A stretch of 64,000 nucleotides of DNA from Mustelus asterias (taxonomy: Eukaryota), in the NCBI RefSeq assembly GCF_964213995.1, contig NC_135823.1, positions 48,980,001 through 49,044,000 on the forward strand, in the 5' to 3' direction. Under the pieces are notes generated by a model, which did not search any database, was not told where the DNA came from, and saw nothing but the letters and a program-made list of their open reading frames with translations. Positions within the stretch are counted from its first letter, which is position 1. The number at the start of each line of letters is the position of its first letter. The translations under genes were made by a program, and so were the position numbers. This document shows, piece after piece, positions 60,591-64,000 of the stretch.

Positions 60591-61321
60591 TTATTTATTT
60601 TTTGGAGGTGAATCTTATGGGAAGTAGAGGCCGTCTTGTCAAAGTGAACTAGTCATCATTGTTGAACACAGACTAGCAGCCAAGGCCTTGAACAGGTACC
60701 CACTTCAAACCAGCTGTGACCAAGACTTTCTTTCCGTGTGTGTGAGATTTATTATATGGGTAGCCCAGCGTTGAACTGAGGCCCATTTCCGCTCCTGTTA
60801 ATTAAATCCTTTTGGATGTGGAAGGAGCTGTGTCCTGGAATGGGCCAATAAGTCGCTGTCTTGGAGGAGATGAAAGGGAGCCTCTGTTGGGAGGAGCCAC
60901 GCTGCCCAGCTGAACACATAGCCTGAACACATAGCAGTGCAAACCTCAGTGTTTATTCAGTGCCTTTTCCACAAGGCTAGACAAACCCAGCAGCACACTC
61001 ACATGTGCTGGTAAATTATTGTACGCACTCAGACTGGAGCAAGCGCCACATCTGAACTAAAGACTCTGCAAATAAAGGAATCCATTGCACAGAAGCAATG
61101 TTACTGGGCAGTGATAAAATGCAGAGTATGTTGGCTATTTAACAATCCATTCACATTTGGTAGAGTTTAGAATTGTCAGCAATATGGGTAGAAAGTCGAT
61201 GTGTTTATGTATTGCAAACTAAGATTACCAGCCCTCCAATTCATGTGTGCTCCAGATTTTGCCACGTTGTCTCTGTACTATTACGTTTTTTATCATCTTG
61301 CCTCATAACTGTTTATATAGT

Positions 61322-61605
61322 TATTCAGCCCCTCAAAGCTTTATATTGGAATAGGTGGAGGCCAGTCAACTCTTCGGACCTATTAGATAGGAACAGGAGG
61401 AGGCTATTCGGCCCCTCAAACCTGTTACATTGGAACAGGAGGAGGCCATTCAGCTCCTCAAGACTATTACATATGAACTGGAAAAGGCCATTCAACCCCT
61501 TGAGCCTATTTCCTAGGATTGGGTGGGGGGGGATACTATTCAGTCACTCAAGGCTGTTTCATAGGAACAGAAGGAGGCCATTCAACCCCCTCAGGCTTGT
61601 TCCCC
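61322..61605 (+). repeat. Tandem array of about seven ~42-bp units derived from a CR1 3' terminus (reverse complement)
   Basis: Unit GGAACAGGAGGAGGCCATTCAGCCCCTCAAxCCTGTTACATT; the same motif occurs singly at 46642-46672. Confidence 0.75.
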
Positions 61606-62289
61606 TTTGTTACATCATCATTGATATGTATTGCAGCTCCATCTATACTCCTTAGTTTTGAATTCCCTTAATAACCTTACCTAACAAAATTCCATCGATC
61701 TGAGGTTTGAAATTTTCAACTGACACCCTTTTCCCGCCAAGCTTCAACAGCCCTGTGGGGCGACAGTGTTCCAGATTTTAGTTCATCTCTTTGTTAAATC
61801 TAAGTCTGGACAGAAGGCAGGATAGGTGCAAGCCAGGAGATGATATATTACTGTCATCCCAGTGTGGGAAGGAACCATGCAGAACAGGAATATTGTAGTT
61901 TTGCTGAAAATTGCAGAAGTTATAAAATGCCCAGTTTTAGAATGGTACCGGTAATTCCTACACTGCAGTTTGTTGGGTTCCCAACCCACTCCCTTTACAG
62001 TGCCATGGAGAATGACCAGCGCTGGAAATGTGGGGGGTTGGGGGGGGAGGGGGCAAGACTTTTGGATCTGTACCATGGACACTGTTTTATTTTCCCACCT
62101 GACCCCGTTTAGTTCCAAACAAGACCATGAAAATCTGGCCCTTTCGCAGACTCAGCGTTAACTTTTTGAAACTATTCTGGCAGACAGTCCAGATTGTGCA
62201 AATATTTTTCATTTAATGATTATTAACCATTGAGAGAAGACAAAGCATGCACCTTATTTACAAAAGAATGTAAACTTTGCTTAGCGCCA

Positions 62290-62595
62290 TCATACATGTG
62301 TACCTGAGTGTATGTGTGTGTCTGCCCCTGTACATGTGCTGTATCCCTATGCATGTGTCTCTGTACCATTATGTTTGTTGGCGCCTGTCCCTATACATGT
62401 GTACCTTTTTGTGCATAATTGTATGTTTGTCGATGTTTGTCGCTTTACATCTGTGTGTATCAAAGAACATCTTGTTTGTTTGTTCCTTTAAGTGTGTGTG
62501 CCTCTGTGTGTGTCCTTCTGTGTATGTCTACATGGTAAGAAGTCTCACAACACCTGTCTACGTGCCTATTTACATATGGGTGTGTGTGTATGTCC
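62290..62595 (+). repeat. TG-rich low-complexity tract
   Basis: Interrupted (TG)n and TGTA repeats. Confidence 0.7.
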
Positions 62596-62753
62596 TTTAT
62601 CATTTTAGAGTGAAGTAGTCAGTATTGAGCAAACAGTAGAAGTGTAGGATTGGAACAGGGGATTGAGATGGGATAGGGCAAGGTTGTGTGGCATCTGTGT
62701 GTTGGGAGTAGAAAGAATCTTTGGCCTCCCACTCCAAAGCCGTCTTGTTGCAG

Positions 62754-63117
62754 GTCGGAGCAAGACCAGTTCAAAAAGGGCAAGACAGATCCCGAATCTG
62801 TTTACACACCTGGAGTCGTGTTTATTTTTTAAGAGTGTGATATCTCAGAACTGGAGCATTTCTGAGTGAGCTTGATTTGCTCCATGAGATGAGATATCAA
62901 AACTGATTCAGATAGATTTCTGCTCACACTTGAAGCACAGTTTGAGGAGCTCTCCTGAAAGGTTTACACCATCCAGCTGTAGTGGGAACTGCAGGACCCT
63001 GTGCCCCAGTTCAAGCAAGAGGCCAGGTAGTTAGTGATTCAGCCGTTCATTGCTGCAAGGCACCGGCAGCTGAATTCCTGAGTGTCTGGGACTGGTTGGA
63101 TCACTGCCATTTACAAG
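62754..63117 (+). other. Candidate 5' UTR exon of the divergent gene
   Basis: Acceptor tcttgttgcag| at 62753 and donor AAG|GTAAGC at 63117/63118 in non-repetitive sequence; no recognisable protein. Confidence 0.3.
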
Positions 63118-63669
63118 GTAAGCAGGAGAGATCTGTAGCCATTACATTTTCTCTCCTGCTTCTTAGTTTCGACATGTCTCTTGGGGATGTGAGCTTAATT
63201 TCCAGCCACTTTGTCGCTTATTTTTACAGTTTTTTAATTAATTGTTTTCTTTCATCCCTGACCCCCTTCCCATCTTGTGGAAAATTTCTGTGCTTCTCTT
63301 GCACAATATTTCTCCGGGGAAGAGAGAGGTGGCTGGCGAGGGGGGTGGGGTGGGGGGGCTGCTGGCTATAGCTGAGTGAGGCTGGGCCCTGACTGTGTGG
63401 AAACAGAACTTCCTGTTTGCCAGTTCCCAGTTTAGAAACTGAAAGAATCCACCATTCATGGATCACTGTCCAGCCTCCCCTCTCAGCAGACAGGCTGCCT
63501 GCGATCCCAGAGCTCCTTTGTCTCTCCTCATACTTGTAAAAGGCATTTATTTATAATTTTTAATTCCACTCCCACTCCACCCCCTCTGCCACTGTTTGCT
63601 GGGGTTGCCAACCCCCCAGCATTATCCTGGGCTCTTCCGATACTACCGAAAAAGCAAGAAGACTCACAT

Positions 63670-63950
63670 TTATATAGCATGTTTCACGAGCACTGGACAT
63701 TGCAAAGCTCTTGTACAATCAGTGAAGTATTGTTTAAAGTGTAGTCACTGTTGTAATGTAGGAAACATAGCAGCAAATTTGCACACAGAAAGATCCCACA
63801 AGCAGCAATGTGATAATGATATTGATGTTTGGAACATAAATTTTGGAAAGACATCAGGTTAACTCCCTTCCCTTCTTCAAAATGGTACCATGGTACCTTT
63901 TATATCCACCTGAGCAGGCAGATGGGGCCTTGCTTTAATGTTGGATCTGT
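63670..63950 (-). mobile_element. Deu-domain SINE copy
   Basis: Reverse complement of the Deu-SINE body (GCAGCAAATTTGCACACAGxAAGATCCCACAA). Confidence 0.6.
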
Positions 63951-64000
63951 TGTGAAGTTGAGTTTGTGAAGTTGGAATTTGATGTTGGTAAAGATGTAAA

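Overview
Eukaryotic, repeat-rich vertebrate DNA, very probably from a shark or other cartilaginous fish, judged from the HE1/V-SINE-like, Deu-domain SINE, CR1 and Penelope content. It holds a complete 7-coding-exon TFAP4 (AP-4, bHLH-zip) gene on the minus strand (ATG 22682, stop 6344, 337 aa, all GT-AG introns). Downstream is a signal-peptide first exon with a TATA promoter that I read as sarcalumenin (SRL; 2017-2074, minus). A divergent CpG-island promoter with a non-coding first exon near 47.8-48.0 kb is probably GLIS2, by synteny only. The rest is mostly nested retroelements (CR1-group, RTE, Rex1/Babar, solo LTRs, three SINE families) and tandem arrays. The most striking accessory signal is a young GIY-YIG Penelope-like family. 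Four insertions have target-site duplications, an inverted two-ended architecture and minimal hammerhead ribozyme motifs with compensatory base changes. One copy is a ~330-bp-arm fold-back palindrome, and there is also a 20-bp remnant. The hammerhead-Penelope association itself is already known; the architecture details are what merit follow-up. Repeat boundaries were read by eye and are approximate unless a TSD is quoted.
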